Sequence record: SRR20825006_3012
DNA: 49,745 nucleotides
Reading direction: 5' to 3' (one strand)
The notes beneath the pieces are model-generated. The model was given only the letters and a program-made list of their open reading frames with translations. It made no database searches and was not told the origin of the DNA. Shown here piece by piece: positions 9,279 through 22,840 of the stretch. The stretch's first letter is position 1; every line of letters begins with the position of its first letter. The position numbers were made by a program, and so were the translations under genes.

Positions 9279-10259
9279 TTATATCTGCCACATGAAAGAC
9301 ATGTTGCCGAAGCTGAAGGTGTCATCCCTGCTACGCAGAGGAGAGGTGGAACTTTGCAGTGTCAGGGTGAAAGAAAAATTGTCCCAGCGCACACCACCTC
9401 CCACCACCAGAGCCAACACACCATCGCGGGCTTCCACATCGTATTCCTCGGCATGATTTTCCAGGTAGGAATAACCGATATATTCACCGAAGCTGCCCAC
9501 AAACGCTTCCCAGCCAAAACCGCTGCCATCAAACAGGCCGACCAGTGAACCGGCTGTGCCGATACCGGCATAATCGGGGATAAAGTTCCGCGGCAGATTT
9601 CGGCCCAGCCGGAAAAATCCGCCAGCCGTTGCGGTCCCATGGAAATTGTTGGCATCCACACCCCAGGCATAACCCAGCTCACCCTGCAGCCCCGAGCCCC
9701 ACTGAAACTGCTGGAAACGGCGGGCATTGATAAAATACGCGCCGCCGATCAGGTCCGTCCCCAGCTGGTTATCCCAGCCTTGCGGCTCGGTGGAGCCGGT
9801 TATCTTGTGAACCAGTTTCTGGCTTTGCTCCGCCCCGGACTCCGGGCCAACGACCCCCAAACGCGCGCCATAACCAAACAGGCTGTCGCCGTTCCAGCTG
9901 AACAACCCCATCTCCAGATTGCTGTAACCCGCATAAGGCAGATCATTGTAATCCGGGGCGCTCTGGCTGATATCCGCCGGGGTAATCATGACCTGTTCCA
10001 GACTCAGCGTCAGCGCATGCTTTTCATCGTTGAGGCTGATGCCGGGTAAGGGAGACAACGCGCTCGCCAGGCTGCAGGTAACACTGCCATTGCGTTCACA
10101 ATGGTCATGCGCATCACCCACCCAGCTGATCCGCACGCCATTGGTGTACTGCCCATCGGCACCGACGAACAGATCGTTATCCCAGGAAAACCCCAAGGTG
10201 GCAGCCAACACAGGCAGCGGAAAAAAAACGCTTAATAAGAGAAAAAAACGCAGGGACAT
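9279..10259 (-). CDS. Lipid A deacylase LpxR-family outer-membrane beta-barrel
   Basis: Signal peptide; WDNDLF..DGQYTNG, QVMITP, DLPYAG, GVVGPESG, QKLVH, GWDNQL motifs; aromatic C-terminal strand. Confidence 0.85.
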   Translation of the reverse strand: MSLRFFLLLSVFFPLPVLAATLGFSWDNDLFVGADGQYTNGVRISWVGDAHDHCERNGSVTCSLASALSPLPGISLNDEKHALTLSLEQVMITPADISQSAPDYNDLPYAGYSNLEMGLFSWNGDSLFGYGARLGVVGPESGAEQSQKLVHKITGSTEPQGWDNQLGTDLIGGAYFINARRFQQFQWGSGLQGELGYAWGVDANNFHGTATAGGFFRLGRNLPRNFIPDYAGIGTAGSLVGLFDGSGFGWEAFVGSFGEYIGYSYLENHAEEYDVEARDGVLALVVGGGVRWDNFSFTLTLQSSTSPLRSRDDTFSFGNMSFMWQI

Positions 10260-10320
10260 ATTTCACCCAGTGGTAACGGCCCCAAGAGCCCCCAGCACGT
10301 ACGACACCGTCGAAACGTGA

Positions 10321-10749
10321 TTAAAAACGCCAGCGGCGCTGCATAACCAGAAACGCGAACGACGCTGACCAGGTGATGAGTATCAGACCATTCAGGGCTT
10401 CCACCCCGGCGATCAGGCGCAGGGTCCCCACTGGAAACAGGTCCCCCAGACCCAACGACGTATAACACGCCGCGGAAAAATACAGATGATCCAGAAAACT
10501 GCCATTCACGGCGCCACCGATGCTCATGGCGGTGTCCCCCACATCCAGCAGCAGGTACACCCAGGCATAGAGGGTAATTTCCACCATATGGGCGGCAAAC
10601 ATGGCGATAACGACCACCAAGATTTCACCCCGGAAATTCGGCCAGCGCTTGAGCAAGCGGGACAGGCCTGCCAGCGTCCAGTAATGCAGCGTCACGGTGG
10701 TCAGCACCATGGCCAGACTGACCACGGAGGCATACACCACTTCGTACAT
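10321..10749 (-). CDS. Small ion-channel (Ion_trans_2-like) membrane protein
   Basis: LYFSAACYTSLGLGDLFP pore-loop motif flanked by TM helices, EALNGLILITWS. Confidence 0.8.
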   Translation of the reverse strand: MYEVVYASVVSLAMVLTTVTLHYWTLAGLSRLLKRWPNFRGEILVVVIAMFAAHMVEITLYAWVYLLLDVGDTAMSIGGAVNGSFLDHLYFSAACYTSLGLGDLFPVGTLRLIAGVEALNGLILITWSASFAFLVMQRRWRF

Positions 10750-10773
10750 GACTGCGCCCTCTGCCATGACAGG

Positions 10774-13093
<2,320 letters not shown>

Positions 13094-13169
13094 GACGAAG
13101 CCCTGAATGCAAAAGCGGCAAATTACCCTGCACGGGCCGGTGACTCAAGTCTGCCGATCCACAGCCTGC

Positions 13170-14231
13170 TTAAGCTTCGCTGGTCTGGCGTTTCAGATAG
13201 CCGCCCGCTACCCGTTCCACCCAGCCCTCCAGCTCCAGATCCGCCAGCTGCCCGGCCAGCTCCGGCATGGGCATCCCGGTCCGCTGCTGCAATGCATCCA
13301 GCGAATTCAGGCCGCTGGTCAGGTAGGCAAGCAGGGGCGGAGGGTCACAACGAATACCGCTGGCTTCCACGCTACGCTGGAAATCCCCAAAGGCCTGGAA
13401 AATATCATCCACGGACTCCAGCCAGTTGGCGCCATCACGCAACAACTGGTGGCAACCCTTGCTAAGCGGATTATGGATACTGCCCGGAATCGCAAACACC
13501 TCACGGCTCTGGGACAACGCCGTGCGCGCCGTGATCAACGAGCCACTCTTGATCGCCGCCTCCACCACAATGGTGGCCAGGCTGAGCCCACTGATAATGC
13601 GATTACGCATGGGGAATTGAGCAGGCAGCGGGCGCGACCCCGGCGCGAATTCCGACACCAGTGCCCCACCGGTTTCCACAATCTGGCTGGCCAGCAGGCC
13701 ATGGCGCGGCGGGTAGATACAATCCGGGCCACTGCCCATGACCGCCACCGTGCGCCCGGCACTCACCGCACCGCGATGAGCGGCCGCATCAATGCCCAGC
13801 GCCAGGCCGCTGACAATCACAAAGCCGCTACCGGCCAGCTGGCGGGCAAAGCGGCGGCTGTTGTCGAGGCCGTCCGCAGAGGCATTCCTCGCGCCCACCA
13901 TGGCCAGCGAAGGCGCATTCAATGCCTCCACGCTACCGCGCACGGCAATCACGCCGGGCGGGTCGTTGATCTGTGCCAGCAGCGGCGGGTAATCCGCATC
14001 CCCCAGCGCAATCCAGCGCCAGCCCTGCTCACGCAGTTGCTCGAAGTACACGGGCAGCTTGCCAGTATTGTCCAGCAGCCGGGCACGCTCTTTCAGGCCG
14101 GCCGGTAGCAGGGGAAGAAAATCCGATACCGGTGCAGAAGCAATCCGGTGTTGTTGCAGGGCGCGGCCCAGGGCCGCTGACGACGGGGAAAACAACGCCT
14201 GCAATAGCAGGCGTTTAAATTGTCCGTCCAT
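13170..14231 (-). CDS. dprA: DNA-protecting protein DprA
   Basis: YPPLLAQI.DPP, VGARNAS, VSGLALGIDAAAH, FPMRNRIISGLS, EAAIKSGSLITA. Confidence 0.95.
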   Translation of the reverse strand: MDGQFKRLLLQALFSPSSAALGRALQQHRIASAPVSDFLPLLPAGLKERARLLDNTGKLPVYFEQLREQGWRWIALGDADYPPLLAQINDPPGVIAVRGSVEALNAPSLAMVGARNASADGLDNSRRFARQLAGSGFVIVSGLALGIDAAAHRGAVSAGRTVAVMGSGPDCIYPPRHGLLASQIVETGGALVSEFAPGSRPLPAQFPMRNRIISGLSLATIVVEAAIKSGSLITARTALSQSREVFAIPGSIHNPLSKGCHQLLRDGANWLESVDDIFQAFGDFQRSVEASGIRCDPPPLLAYLTSGLNSLDALQQRTGMPMPELAGQLADLELEGWVERVAGGYLKRQTSEA

Positions 14232-14306
14232 TCGCCCACCTCCTTGTGTGCGTTGACGGTTTTGTCGGGCGCCTAAACGCCGGCAGTGAGCGCTACCGCA
14301 GAGAAA

Positions 14307-15380
14307 TCAGTAACTGCCCGCCGGGCTTTCGGCGATATCGTTCATATAGATAGGCCGCATGGACTCCATAATCAAGCCGTAGCTGACCTTGTCGAACACC
14401 CGGAAGATCACCATGGAACCGGTTTTCTCACGGGGCAGCTGAACCATGTCACCTTGCTGACGATCGCGGACCACTTCGCCCTGGCCATAGATATCCAGCA
14501 CGTTGCCTTCTTTCAGGCCGTCACGCAGGCCCTTGTTGATCACCACCACATCGTTACGCGCTACGCTGTTGAGGCGATCGAAGAAGCGAATCACTTTCGC
14601 CTCGATCTTGGTGTCCGGGGCCGACGGGTACAGTACGGCGCGCACGCGGCGATCTTCAGTGGAGAACAGGCGATCATCAATCCGCAGGTCTTCACTGGAG
14701 TCCGTCACCCGCAGGGTAATCATGTCGCCATCGTGGCTGGCCACCCGGCCCAGGCCGATCTGGCGAGCTTCGTAGCCCAGCACTTCATTGGTATCCGGGT
14801 CCACATATTGCTCACCGGTGCGGTAGAAACCGTAACCCTGATCCAGGTCTTCCCATTGGGTAGCGGTATCACGAGCGTAAACGGTATCGCCTTCACCAAA
14901 GATCACACGGCGATCGCGGCCACCCACCAGATAGGGAGCCTCGACGATGTCCTTGCGGTCTACCACCAGACCTTCCTTCAGGTAAGACTGGATCGCACTG
15001 GCAGGAATGGCCGGAATCGCTTCGTCATTGGCAATTTCACGCACCCGCGGGGTGAGTTTCACTGTACCATTGGACATCACGGTCTCTTCCACGCCCCGTT
15101 TTACCGACAGGCGCGGCTCACCGTTAACATAGGAAAGCCGGATTTCGTCGCCGGGATAGATCAAGTGAGGGTTACTGATTTCCTCATTGATCTGCCAGAT
15201 TTCCGGCCACTGCCACGGCTCTTGTAGAAAACGGCCGCTGATATCCCAAAGGGTATCGCCGTTTTTCACGAAATACTTGCTGGGGTGCCCATCTTTGAGC
15301 ACCACCGCTGCGGAGGCCATACCGGACACCGCCAGCACCAGGCCAAAGGTCAAGGCGCGCTGGACCGATTTCATCATCAT
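14307..15380 (-). CDS. LysM peptidoglycan-binding protein (TsaP-like, type IV pilus secretin-associated)
   Basis: Signal peptide, YFVKNGDTLWDIS...PWQWPEIW..N..ISNPHLIYPGD; conserved position between dprA and def. Confidence 0.88.
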   Translation of the reverse strand: MMMKSVQRALTFGLVLAVSGMASAAVVLKDGHPSKYFVKNGDTLWDISGRFLQEPWQWPEIWQINEEISNPHLIYPGDEIRLSYVNGEPRLSVKRGVEETVMSNGTVKLTPRVREIANDEAIPAIPASAIQSYLKEGLVVDRKDIVEAPYLVGGRDRRVIFGEGDTVYARDTATQWEDLDQGYGFYRTGEQYVDPDTNEVLGYEARQIGLGRVASHDGDMITLRVTDSSEDLRIDDRLFSTEDRRVRAVLYPSAPDTKIEAKVIRFFDRLNSVARNDVVVINKGLRDGLKEGNVLDIYGQGEVVRDRQQGDMVQLPREKTGSMVIFRVFDKVSYGLIMESMRPIYMNDIAESPAGSY

Positions 15381-15524
15381 CGGATTCCTTTTATCATTAT
15401 TGGACTCATCCCCGAGAGCGGCCGCGATCCCTTATTGTAGACGCGGTTCCTTTTGGATATTAGCAATGCGATCATATATTTAGCAACCGAAATTCGAGTA
15501 CTACCGCAACTTCCGAGAAGGTAC

Positions 15525-16031
15525 ATGGCTAAACTGGAAATACTGGAATTCCCTGATCCCCGACTACGCACAGTAGCAAAGCCGGTGGAAAAGGTAGATG
15601 ACGAGCTTCGCAAACTGATCGACGACATGATTGAAACCATGTACGCCGCCTCCGGGATTGGCCTGGCGGCCACCCAGATCAACGTGCATATTCAGCTGAT
15701 CGTCATGGACCTGTCCGAAGAGCGCAACGAGCCCAGGGTGTTTATCAATCCGAAAATCACCCCGCTCACCGAGGAAATGGCCCCTTACGAAGAGGGCTGC
15801 CTGTCGGTGCCCGGCTTCTACGAAAAGGTGCCACGCCCGGCGCGTGTGCGCATTAACGCTCTGGACCGTGACGGAAATGCCTTCGAAGAGGAAGCGGACG
15901 AACTGCTCGCCACGTGTATCCAGCACGAAATGGATCATCTGGACGGTAAGCTGTTCGTGGACTACGTCTCCCGGCTCAAGCGCGACCGCATCAAAAAGAA
16001 GCTGGAAAAGATCCACCGCCAGCAGGCGTAA
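15525..16031 (+). CDS. def: Peptide deformylase
   Basis: [23 protein letters not shown]. Confidence 0.97.
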   Translation: MAKLEILEFPDPRLRTVAKPVEKVDDELRKLIDDMIETMYAASGIGLAATQINVHIQLIVMDLSEERNEPRVFINPKITPLTEEMAPYEEGCLSVPGFYEKVPRPARVRINALDRDGNAFEEEADELLATCIQHEMDHLDGKLFVDYVSRLKRDRIKKKLEKIHRQQA

Positions 16032-16040
16032 AAGAGAGGC

Positions 16041-16186
16041 GAGTTGAAAGTTCAAAGTTGAAAAGCGCGAGACGGCTTCCAGATTAGCGAATCGCCATGC
16101 CAGCCATGCGGCGCGGCCATGGCGTTAGATGTATGGCTCTCCTCAAGGATTCGCGTTTGAACTTTCAACTTTTCACTTTTCAACTC
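16041..16186. repeat. Heptamer-periodic inverted-repeat element (AGTTGAA family), copy 1
   Basis: GAGTTGAAAGTTCAAAGTTGAAAAGCGCGA ... TCGCGTTTGAACTTTCAACTTTTCACTTTTCAACTC between def and fmt. Confidence 0.85.
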
Positions 16187-16226
16187 TCCTCTCTGCCCCA
16201 CCACTTACCGACCCTGAGGCCATTTT

Positions 16227-17219
16227 TTGAAACCCTTACGTCTCGCCTTCGCCGGCACCCCGGACTTTGCCGCTTCCAGCCTGCAGGCCGTGCTGAATAG
16301 CGATCATCAGGTTGTCGCGGTCCTCACCCAGCCCGACCGGGCCGCCGGGCGCGGCAAGAAAGTGCAGCAAAGCCCGGTAAAACAGCTGGCCGCACAGCAT
16401 GACATTCCTGTATTGCAGCCGGAAAACCTGAAAGGCGAAGACACTCGACAGCAATTGCGCGACCTGAACCTGGATGCCTTGGTGGTGGTGGCCTACGGTC
16501 TGATCATCCCCCAGGCGGTGCTGGATATTCCTCGCCTGGGCTGTCTCAACGTGCACGGCTCGCTGCTGCCGCGCTGGCGTGGCGCCGCCCCCATTCAGCG
16601 CGCCATCACCACCGGCGACACCCAAACCGGCAACACCATCATGCAGATGGAAGCGGGGCTCGATACCGGCCCCATGCTGCTCAGTGAAGCCCTGCCCATC
16701 GGCGACACGGAAACCGGCGGCGAACTGCACGACCGCCTGGCCGCCCAGGGCGCGCGCCTGCTGGTCACGGTACTGGCCGATCTGGAGCATTACCTGGCCA
16801 ACGCCACGCCACAACCAGACGAAGGCGTCACCTACGCCCACAAGCTGAGCAAGGCTGAAGCACGGCTGGACTTCCGCCTGCCCACCCGCGCGCTCTACAA
16901 CCGCATCCGCGCCTTCAATCCCTTCCCGGTAAGCTGGGTGCCACTGAATGGCCAGCCCATGCGTATCTGGCAGGCCAGCGAAAGCCCGCAACCGGGGCAG
17001 GAACACGACGAACCGGGGCATATCCTGAGCGTGGACGAGCAGGGCATCCATGTGGCCACCGGCGATGGCAGCCTGATCCTCGAAGAGCTGCAACTCCCAG
17101 GCAAGCGACGCATGAAGGTGTCAGACCTGCTGCGCGGCAACCCCGCCCTGTTCACCATTGGCGAACCGCTGGGCGATGCCATTACCCATGAGTCTGGTGA
17201 TCAATGTGGCAACGCCTGA
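16227..17219 (+). CDS. fmt: Methionyl-tRNA formyltransferase
   Basis: FAGTPDFA, TQPDRAAGRG, NVHGSLLPRWRGAAPIQ, GLDTGP. Confidence 0.97.
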   Translation: MKPLRLAFAGTPDFAASSLQAVLNSDHQVVAVLTQPDRAAGRGKKVQQSPVKQLAAQHDIPVLQPENLKGEDTRQQLRDLNLDALVVVAYGLIIPQAVLDIPRLGCLNVHGSLLPRWRGAAPIQRAITTGDTQTGNTIMQMEAGLDTGPMLLSEALPIGDTETGGELHDRLAAQGARLLVTVLADLEHYLANATPQPDEGVTYAHKLSKAEARLDFRLPTRALYNRIRAFNPFPVSWVPLNGQPMRIWQASESPQPGQEHDEPGHILSVDEQGIHVATGDGSLILEELQLPGKRRMKVSDLLRGNPALFTIGEPLGDAITHESGDQCGNA

Positions 17220-18519
17220 CCCGCGCCGGAGCGCCGTGCGTGCCCTCAACCGGGTGCTCCCCGGCAAGGGCGACGGCGAAAGCCTGCGCGAAGTGCTGCG
17301 CGACTTTCCCCTGCAAGGCAGCGACGGCGGCCAGATGCGCGATATCTGTTTCGGCGTGTGCCGCCACCTGCGCCCCCTCAACCACTGGCTCAACCAGCAA
17401 CTCTCCAAACCCCTCAAGGCCAGCGCCCAACCGGTGCGGCTGGCCTTGCTGGCCGGCCTCTATGAACTGTGGTTCAGCGACCGGCCAGCCCACGCCATCG
17501 TCAACGCCTACCCACAACTGTGCCGCAAGCTCAAAGCCCCCTGGGCCGCCGGCCTCAGCAATGCGGTGCTACGCAAGGCCAGCCAGATTACCCTTGAAGA
17601 GGCCGTGGCCGACGCCCCCGCCAATATCCAGCTGAGCTTGCCAGACTGGCTGTTTAAACGCTGGCAAAAAGATTGGCCCGGCGAGGCCGACGCCATGGCC
17701 CGCGCCAACTTGCAACCGCCGCCGTTCACCCTGCGCGTCAACCGTCAGCAGCAACAACGCAGCGAGGCGCTGGCCGCTCTGGGCGAAGGCGCCCGCGCCG
17801 GCAGCGTTGCTCCTTACAGCATTTACCTACAACCCGCCCGGCCGGTATTTCAGCTGCCCGGTTTTGAGCAAGGCGCCCTGTCCGTGCAGGACGAAGCCGC
17901 CCAGCTACCCGCGGAATTGCTACAGGCGCCGGCCAACGGCCGCATTCTTGATGCCTGCGCCGCCCCCGGAGGTAAAACCGGGCAACTACGCGAAAAGTTT
18001 CCTGCCGCGGACCTCACCGCCCTGGAGCTGGAAGGCAAGCGGCTGACCCGCATCCGCGAGAACCTGGCGAGGCTGGGCACCGACGTCACCCTGCTGCAAG
18101 GCGACGCCAGCGACCCGCACTCCTGGTGGGACGGCACCCCCTTTGATGCCATCCTGCTGGACGCCCCCTGCTCCGCCACCGGCATCCTGCGCCGCCAGCC
18201 GGATGTGAAATGGCACCGCAAAGCCTCGGACATCGCCGCACTGGTTGATTTACAAGCGCGCATGCTGGATGCACTATGGCCGCTGCTCAATCCCGGCGGC
18301 ATGCTGGTATATGCCACCTGTTCGGTACTGCGCGACGAGAACGACCACCAGGTTCGTGACTTCCTGCAGCGCCAGCCGCAGGCCCGGGATGTGACGCCAC
18401 GGCCGGAAGGGGCCACAATGGTGGACGCAGGGTGGCAGCTGTTCCCGGAACAACACGGTCCGGACGGCTTCTACCTGGCTTGCCTGCGTAAAGAATCGGG
18501 GGCCCGACTCAGTTCATGA
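17188..18519 (+). CDS. rsmB: 16S rRNA m5C967 methyltransferase (start at 17188 or GTG 17206)
   Basis: NusB-like N-terminus, [33 protein letters not shown]. Confidence 0.95.
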   Translation: MSLVINVATPDPRRSAVRALNRVLPGKGDGESLREVLRDFPLQGSDGGQMRDICFGVCRHLRPLNHWLNQQLSKPLKASAQPVRLALLAGLYELWFSDRPAHAIVNAYPQLCRKLKAPWAAGLSNAVLRKASQITLEEAVADAPANIQLSLPDWLFKRWQKDWPGEADAMARANLQPPPFTLRVNRQQQQRSEALAALGEGARAGSVAPYSIYLQPARPVFQLPGFEQGALSVQDEAAQLPAELLQAPANGRILDACAAPGGKTGQLREKFPAADLTALELEGKRLTRIRENLARLGTDVTLLQGDASDPHSWWDGTPFDAILLDAPCSATGILRRQPDVKWHRKASDIAALVDLQARMLDALWPLLNPGGMLVYATCSVLRDENDHQVRDFLQRQPQARDVTPRPEGATMVDAGWQLFPEQHGPDGFYLACLRKESGARLSS

Positions 18520-19892
18520 AAATCATTATTCTCGGTGCCGGCCAGGTGGGCGGCACACTGGCCGAGAACCTGGCCAACGAACGCAACGACATCACGGTTA
18601 TCGACACCGATGATGAGCGCCTGCGCGAGCTGGGTGACCGCCTGGATATCGGCACCGTGCGCGGCATGGGCTGCTACCCAGCCGTACTCAAGGAAGCCGG
18701 CGCCGAAGACGCGGACATGCTGATCGCGGTGACCAACTCTGACGAGGTCAACATGATCGCCTGTCAGGTGGCCTACTCCCTGTTCCGCACCCCCTCCAAG
18801 ATTGCCCGCATTCGCACCGCCCACTACACCAGCCGCTCGGAAAAACTGTTCAACGAAAACGCCCTGCCCATTGATGTGATCATCAGCCCTGAACAGGTGG
18901 TGACCGACTACATCAAGCGCCTGATCGAACATCCTGGCGCCCTGCAGGTGGTGAACTTCGCCGGTGGCCGGGTACAGCTGGTGGCAGTGCGCGCCTATTA
19001 CGGTGGCCCGCTGGTGGGCAACGAGCTGCGCGAACTACGCAAGCACATGCCTAATGTGGACACCCGGGTGGCCGCGATTTTCCGCCGTGGCCGTCCCATT
19101 ATCCCGGAAGGCAACACCGTGATCGAAGCCGACGATGAAGTGTTCTTCATCGCCGCCAAGAACGATATCCGCGCGGTCATGAGTGAGCTGCGCCGCCTGG
19201 AACATAACTACAAACGCATCGTTATCGCCGGCGGCGGCAACATCGGTTACCGGCTGGCGAAAACCATTCAGCACCGCTACAACGTCAAGGTGCTGGAACG
19301 CATGCCCAAACGGGCCGAATGGCTGGGCGAGAAACTGCATCAGACCGTGGTCCTGCAAGGTCTGGCGACTGACCGTGACGAACTGCTCAAGGCCAACATC
19401 GAAAACACCGACGTGTTCTGCGCGCTGACCAATGATGACGAAGCCAACATCATGGCTTCCCTGTTGGCCAAACGGCTTGGCGCCCGCAAGGTGATGACCC
19501 TGATTTCCAACCCGGCCTACGTGGATCTGGTGCAGGGGCACGACATCGACATCGCCATCTCGCCCCAGCAATCCACCATCGGCAGCCTGCTCAGCCATGT
19601 GCGCCGGGGCGATGTGGTCAACGTCTATTCCCTGCGTCGTGGTGCGGCGGAAGCCATCGAGGCTATTGCCCACGGCGATGCCAAATCGTCCAAAGTGGTA
19701 GGGCGCGCCATCGATGAAATTGATCTACCGGAAGGCACCACCATCGGCGCTGTCGTACGCGGTGAAAAAGTACTGATTGCCCACGACCACGTGGTGATTG
19801 AACCGGACGATCACGTGATTCTGTTCCTGATCGACAAACGCCGCACCCGGGACGTGGAAAAATTGTTCCAGGTCGGGTTTACGTTTTTTTAG
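18516..19892 (+). CDS. trkA: Trk potassium uptake NAD-binding subunit
   Basis: [12 protein letters not shown], second GGGNIG Rossmann motif, two RCK domains. Confidence 0.97.
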   Translation: MKIIILGAGQVGGTLAENLANERNDITVIDTDDERLRELGDRLDIGTVRGMGCYPAVLKEAGAEDADMLIAVTNSDEVNMIACQVAYSLFRTPSKIARIRTAHYTSRSEKLFNENALPIDVIISPEQVVTDYIKRLIEHPGALQVVNFAGGRVQLVAVRAYYGGPLVGNELRELRKHMPNVDTRVAAIFRRGRPIIPEGNTVIEADDEVFFIAAKNDIRAVMSELRRLEHNYKRIVIAGGGNIGYRLAKTIQHRYNVKVLERMPKRAEWLGEKLHQTVVLQGLATDRDELLKANIENTDVFCALTNDDEANIMASLLAKRLGARKVMTLISNPAYVDLVQGHDIDIAISPQQSTIGSLLSHVRRGDVVNVYSLRRGAAEAIEAIAHGDAKSSKVVGRAIDEIDLPEGTTIGAVVRGEKVLIAHDHVVIEPDDHVILFLIDKRRTRDVEKLFQVGFTFF

Positions 19893-19988
19893 GATGAAAC
19901 GCCAGATGCCGGACGCAGCAGGACGCCCGACAAAAAAAACAAAGCGCGCCTTTTCAGCGTCAGGCGCCTCTTCTCCTGAGGGGCTTCC

Positions 19989-21440
19989 ATGCACTTCGCG
20001 CTAATTTCGAAAATTCTCGGCCTGCTGCTGGTGGTCTTCAGCTTTACCATGATGCCGCCGGTAGCCGTGTCCTACTGGTATCAGGAAGGCAGCGAAACTC
20101 CGTTCCTGATCTCCTTTGTCATTACCCTGGCGCTGGGCTTAAGCCTGTGGCTGCCGTTTTTCCGCAACAAAACCGAACTGCAAACCCGCGACGGCTTTCT
20201 GGTCGTTACCCTGTTCTGGTCCGTGCTCGGCGTGATCGGCGCGCTGCCGCTGATTATCAGTGACGATGTTCCGGTGGGCTTCACCGATGCGGTATTCGAA
20301 TCCGTTTCCGGCCTCACCACCACCGGCGCCACCATCCTGTCCGGCATCGACTTTCTGCCCAAATCGGTACTCTTCTACCGCCAGCAATTACAGTGGCTGG
20401 GCGGCATGGGCGTAGTCGTTTTAGCGGTGGCCATTCTGCCCATGCTCGGCATCGGTGGCATGCAGCTCTACAAAGCTGAAATCCCCGGCCCCATGAAAGA
20501 CGCCAAACTCACCCCACGCATCGCCGAAACGGCCAAAGCCCTGTGGTTCATTTACCTGTTCATCACCATTGCCTGCGCCCTGCTCTACTGGGCCTTCGGC
20601 ATGACCCTTTTCGACGCTATCTGCCACAGCTTCAGCACCGTAGCCACCGGCGGTTTTTCCACCCACGATGCTTCCATGGCCTACTGGGACAACCCACTGA
20701 TCGACTGGACCGCCACCCTGTTCATTCTGATTGGCGGGCTTAACTTTGCCCTGCATTTTGCAGTGTGGCGTGGCCGCTCCCTGTTCGCCTACCTTCGTGA
20801 TCCGGAATTTCGCTTTTTTATCAGCCTGTTCCTGATCTACACCGCCATCATCACCGCCGGCCTACTGTTCTTCCATTACGACTTTGAAGTGGACGATGCC
20901 CTGCGCCACTCCGCGTTCCAGGTAGCCTCCTTCAGCACCGGCACCGGGCTAACCAGTACCAATGCGGCTGCCTTCCCCGGATTTATCCCCTATCTGCTGA
21001 TACTGACCAGCTTTATCGGTGGTTGCGCCGGCTCCACTGGCGGCGGCATGAAAGCTGTTCGGGCAGCACTGGTATTCCATCACAGCATTCGCGAACTGCG
21101 CCGTTTGATTTACCCCAACGGTGTATTTGCCCTGCGTTTTGGTCGCCAGTCCATTCCTGACCGGGTACTACAAGCCGTGTGGGGATTCGTCGGCGTTTAC
21201 ATCACCATTTCGGTGATCTTTACCCTGCTGTTCACCATGACCGGCATGGATCTGGCTACCGCGGTGAGCGCCGTGGCCGCCAGCCTCAACAACCTGGGCG
21301 TAGGCATTGGTCAGGTCGGTGGCGGCTTCGCCAACATCACCGACAGCGCCAAGTGGATGATGACGGTATTGATGATTGCCGGACGACTGGAAATCTTTAC
21401 GCTGCTGGTCCTGTTCACGCCGATGTTCTGGAAACAGTGA
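19989..21440 (+). CDS. trkH: Trk potassium uptake membrane subunit
   Basis: FESVSGLTTTGAT, QWLGGMG, TGGFS, GGCAGSTGGGMK, GRLEIFT. Confidence 0.97.
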   Translation: MHFALISKILGLLLVVFSFTMMPPVAVSYWYQEGSETPFLISFVITLALGLSLWLPFFRNKTELQTRDGFLVVTLFWSVLGVIGALPLIISDDVPVGFTDAVFESVSGLTTTGATILSGIDFLPKSVLFYRQQLQWLGGMGVVVLAVAILPMLGIGGMQLYKAEIPGPMKDAKLTPRIAETAKALWFIYLFITIACALLYWAFGMTLFDAICHSFSTVATGGFSTHDASMAYWDNPLIDWTATLFILIGGLNFALHFAVWRGRSLFAYLRDPEFRFFISLFLIYTAIITAGLLFFHYDFEVDDALRHSAFQVASFSTGTGLTSTNAAAFPGFIPYLLILTSFIGGCAGSTGGGMKAVRAALVFHHSIRELRRLIYPNGVFALRFGRQSIPDRVLQAVWGFVGVYITISVIFTLLFTMTGMDLATAVSAVAASLNNLGVGIGQVGGGFANITDSAKWMMTVLMIAGRLEIFTLLVLFTPMFWKQ

Positions 21441-21501
21441 AGCAAGGGGTGACGTGAGGAGGGGAGACCCTGTCATGTCTTACTGCCTCGTGCTTCGCAC
21501 G

Positions 21502-21528
21502 GTTCGTGCCCTGAACAGTGCTCCTACA
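21502..21528 (-). repeat. GTAG-family REP copy (degenerate)
   Basis: GTTCGTGCCCTGAACAGTGCTCCTACA; same frame as copies at 31235 and 32661. Confidence 0.65.
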
Positions 21529-21559
21529 GCCACTTCGTTGAAAGAGTGCTAGCGACCAT

Positions 21560-21591
21560 AAAAAAGCCCCGGCAATGCCGGGGCTTTTTTT
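21560..21591. terminator. Bidirectional terminator between trkH and alkB
   Basis: AAAAAAGCCCCGGC-AAT-GCCGGGGCTTTTTTT. Confidence 0.92.
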
Positions 21592-21618
21592 ACTTTCAAC
21601 TATCCACTGTCAACTATT
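21592..21618 (-). repeat. Single arm of the AGTTGAA heptamer family directly after the alkB stop
   Basis: Minus strand AGTTGAC-AGTGGAT-AGTTGAA-AGT. Confidence 0.55.
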
Positions 21619-21620
21619 CG

Positions 21621-22769
21621 TCAAGCGATATTGTTGACCCGCTTGCTCTCACGGAACAGCTGATCCAGCTCGCCTTCGTAATACGCTTCAACACGCGGGT
21701 TCATTACCTTCTTCCACAGCGGCGGAATCAAGGCCAGTACATACATGGTGGCGTAGCCTGCCGGCAACTGCGGGCTTTCTTCGTAATGACGCAGCACCTG
21801 ATAACGACGCTTGGCATAGGCATGGTGATCGCTGTGGCGCTGCAGCTGAAACAGGGCCAGGTTGGTCAGCAGGTAATTGGAATTCCAGCTGTGCGCCGGG
21901 GTCACCCGCTCGAAGCGACCTTTGTCATTCACACGACGGTGCAGACCGTAGTGCTCGATGTAGTTGATGATTTCCAGTGCCAGCGCCGCAAAGAAACTCT
22001 GCCCCAGGAAGAACACGACACCCTGCCAGCCCCACAGCAGCCCGAAGGTCACCGCGAACAAGGCAGAAATGCTGTACCACCAGATCAGCTCATTGTAGAT
22101 GCTGATATTTTTCTTGCCCTTACGCTCCAGGTATTTCTTTTCCAGGCTCCAGGCGTTGATGAAGTTATGCACGAACGCTTTGGGAAGGAAATTGTAGAGG
22201 CTCTGGTTGTAGCGGCTTGAAGAGGCGTCATCCGGAGTAGAGACGTGCACATGGTGGCCGCGTACGTGCTCCACCTTGAAGCCCGCATAGGTCACGGTAG
22301 ACAGCAGCAGGCCGCCCATCCAGTTTTCTACTTTGGGATCCTTGTGGATCAGCTCATGGCCCAAGTTGATGGCGATAATGCCGCCCACGGTACCGATAGA
22401 CACGATCCAACCAATCTTGCCCAGCAACCCATAGTCATTGGTCATGAAAATGTGGCCGGCATAGAACAGCACCCCAATCCACACAAACCCCATGGCAATG
22501 GCTGACACCCGATAGAAGATTTCCTCACTCATGGTGGGCACCTGTACATCTTCACTGGGGTTGGTCGGGTCTTTCCCCACCAGATAGTCCAGTACCGGGA
22601 TAATTCCGAAAATGAAGACATACATGAACCAGGCCCAATAATCCTGAGTCCCGCTCTCCACGCCGATATAGGCCGAGAAAGGCACAAGCGGCACCATAAC
22701 CGCCCAAAAAGCCAGGTAGCCGTATTTTTTCATTTTTAGCATTACATCAGCATTCATATTCTCGAACAT
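21621..22769 (-). CDS. alkB: Alkane 1-monooxygenase (AlkB2-type)
   Basis: His boxes HELIH, EHVRGHH, NYIEHYGL (HYG), LQRHSDHHA; N-terminal TM helices; divergent GntR. Confidence 0.97.
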   Translation of the reverse strand: MFENMNADVMLKMKKYGYLAFWAVMVPLVPFSAYIGVESGTQDYWAWFMYVFIFGIIPVLDYLVGKDPTNPSEDVQVPTMSEEIFYRVSAIAMGFVWIGVLFYAGHIFMTNDYGLLGKIGWIVSIGTVGGIIAINLGHELIHKDPKVENWMGGLLLSTVTYAGFKVEHVRGHHVHVSTPDDASSSRYNQSLYNFLPKAFVHNFINAWSLEKKYLERKGKKNISIYNELIWWYSISALFAVTFGLLWGWQGVVFFLGQSFFAALALEIINYIEHYGLHRRVNDKGRFERVTPAHSWNSNYLLTNLALFQLQRHSDHHAYAKRRYQVLRHYEESPQLPAGYATMYVLALIPPLWKKVMNPRVEAYYEGELDQLFRESKRVNNIA

Positions 22770-22840
22770 GGCTCACACCTCGCTAGTTCAAGCCAAACAG
22801 TAACAGTCATCAATGTGACGGTGAGACTATCCCTGATTTC

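Noticed and set aside
16041-16186. GTTGAAAG units resembling CRISPR repeat ends
   Set aside because: The units are 7-bp tandem and inverted, with no 25-40-bp direct repeats separated by unique spacers and no cas genes in the window.
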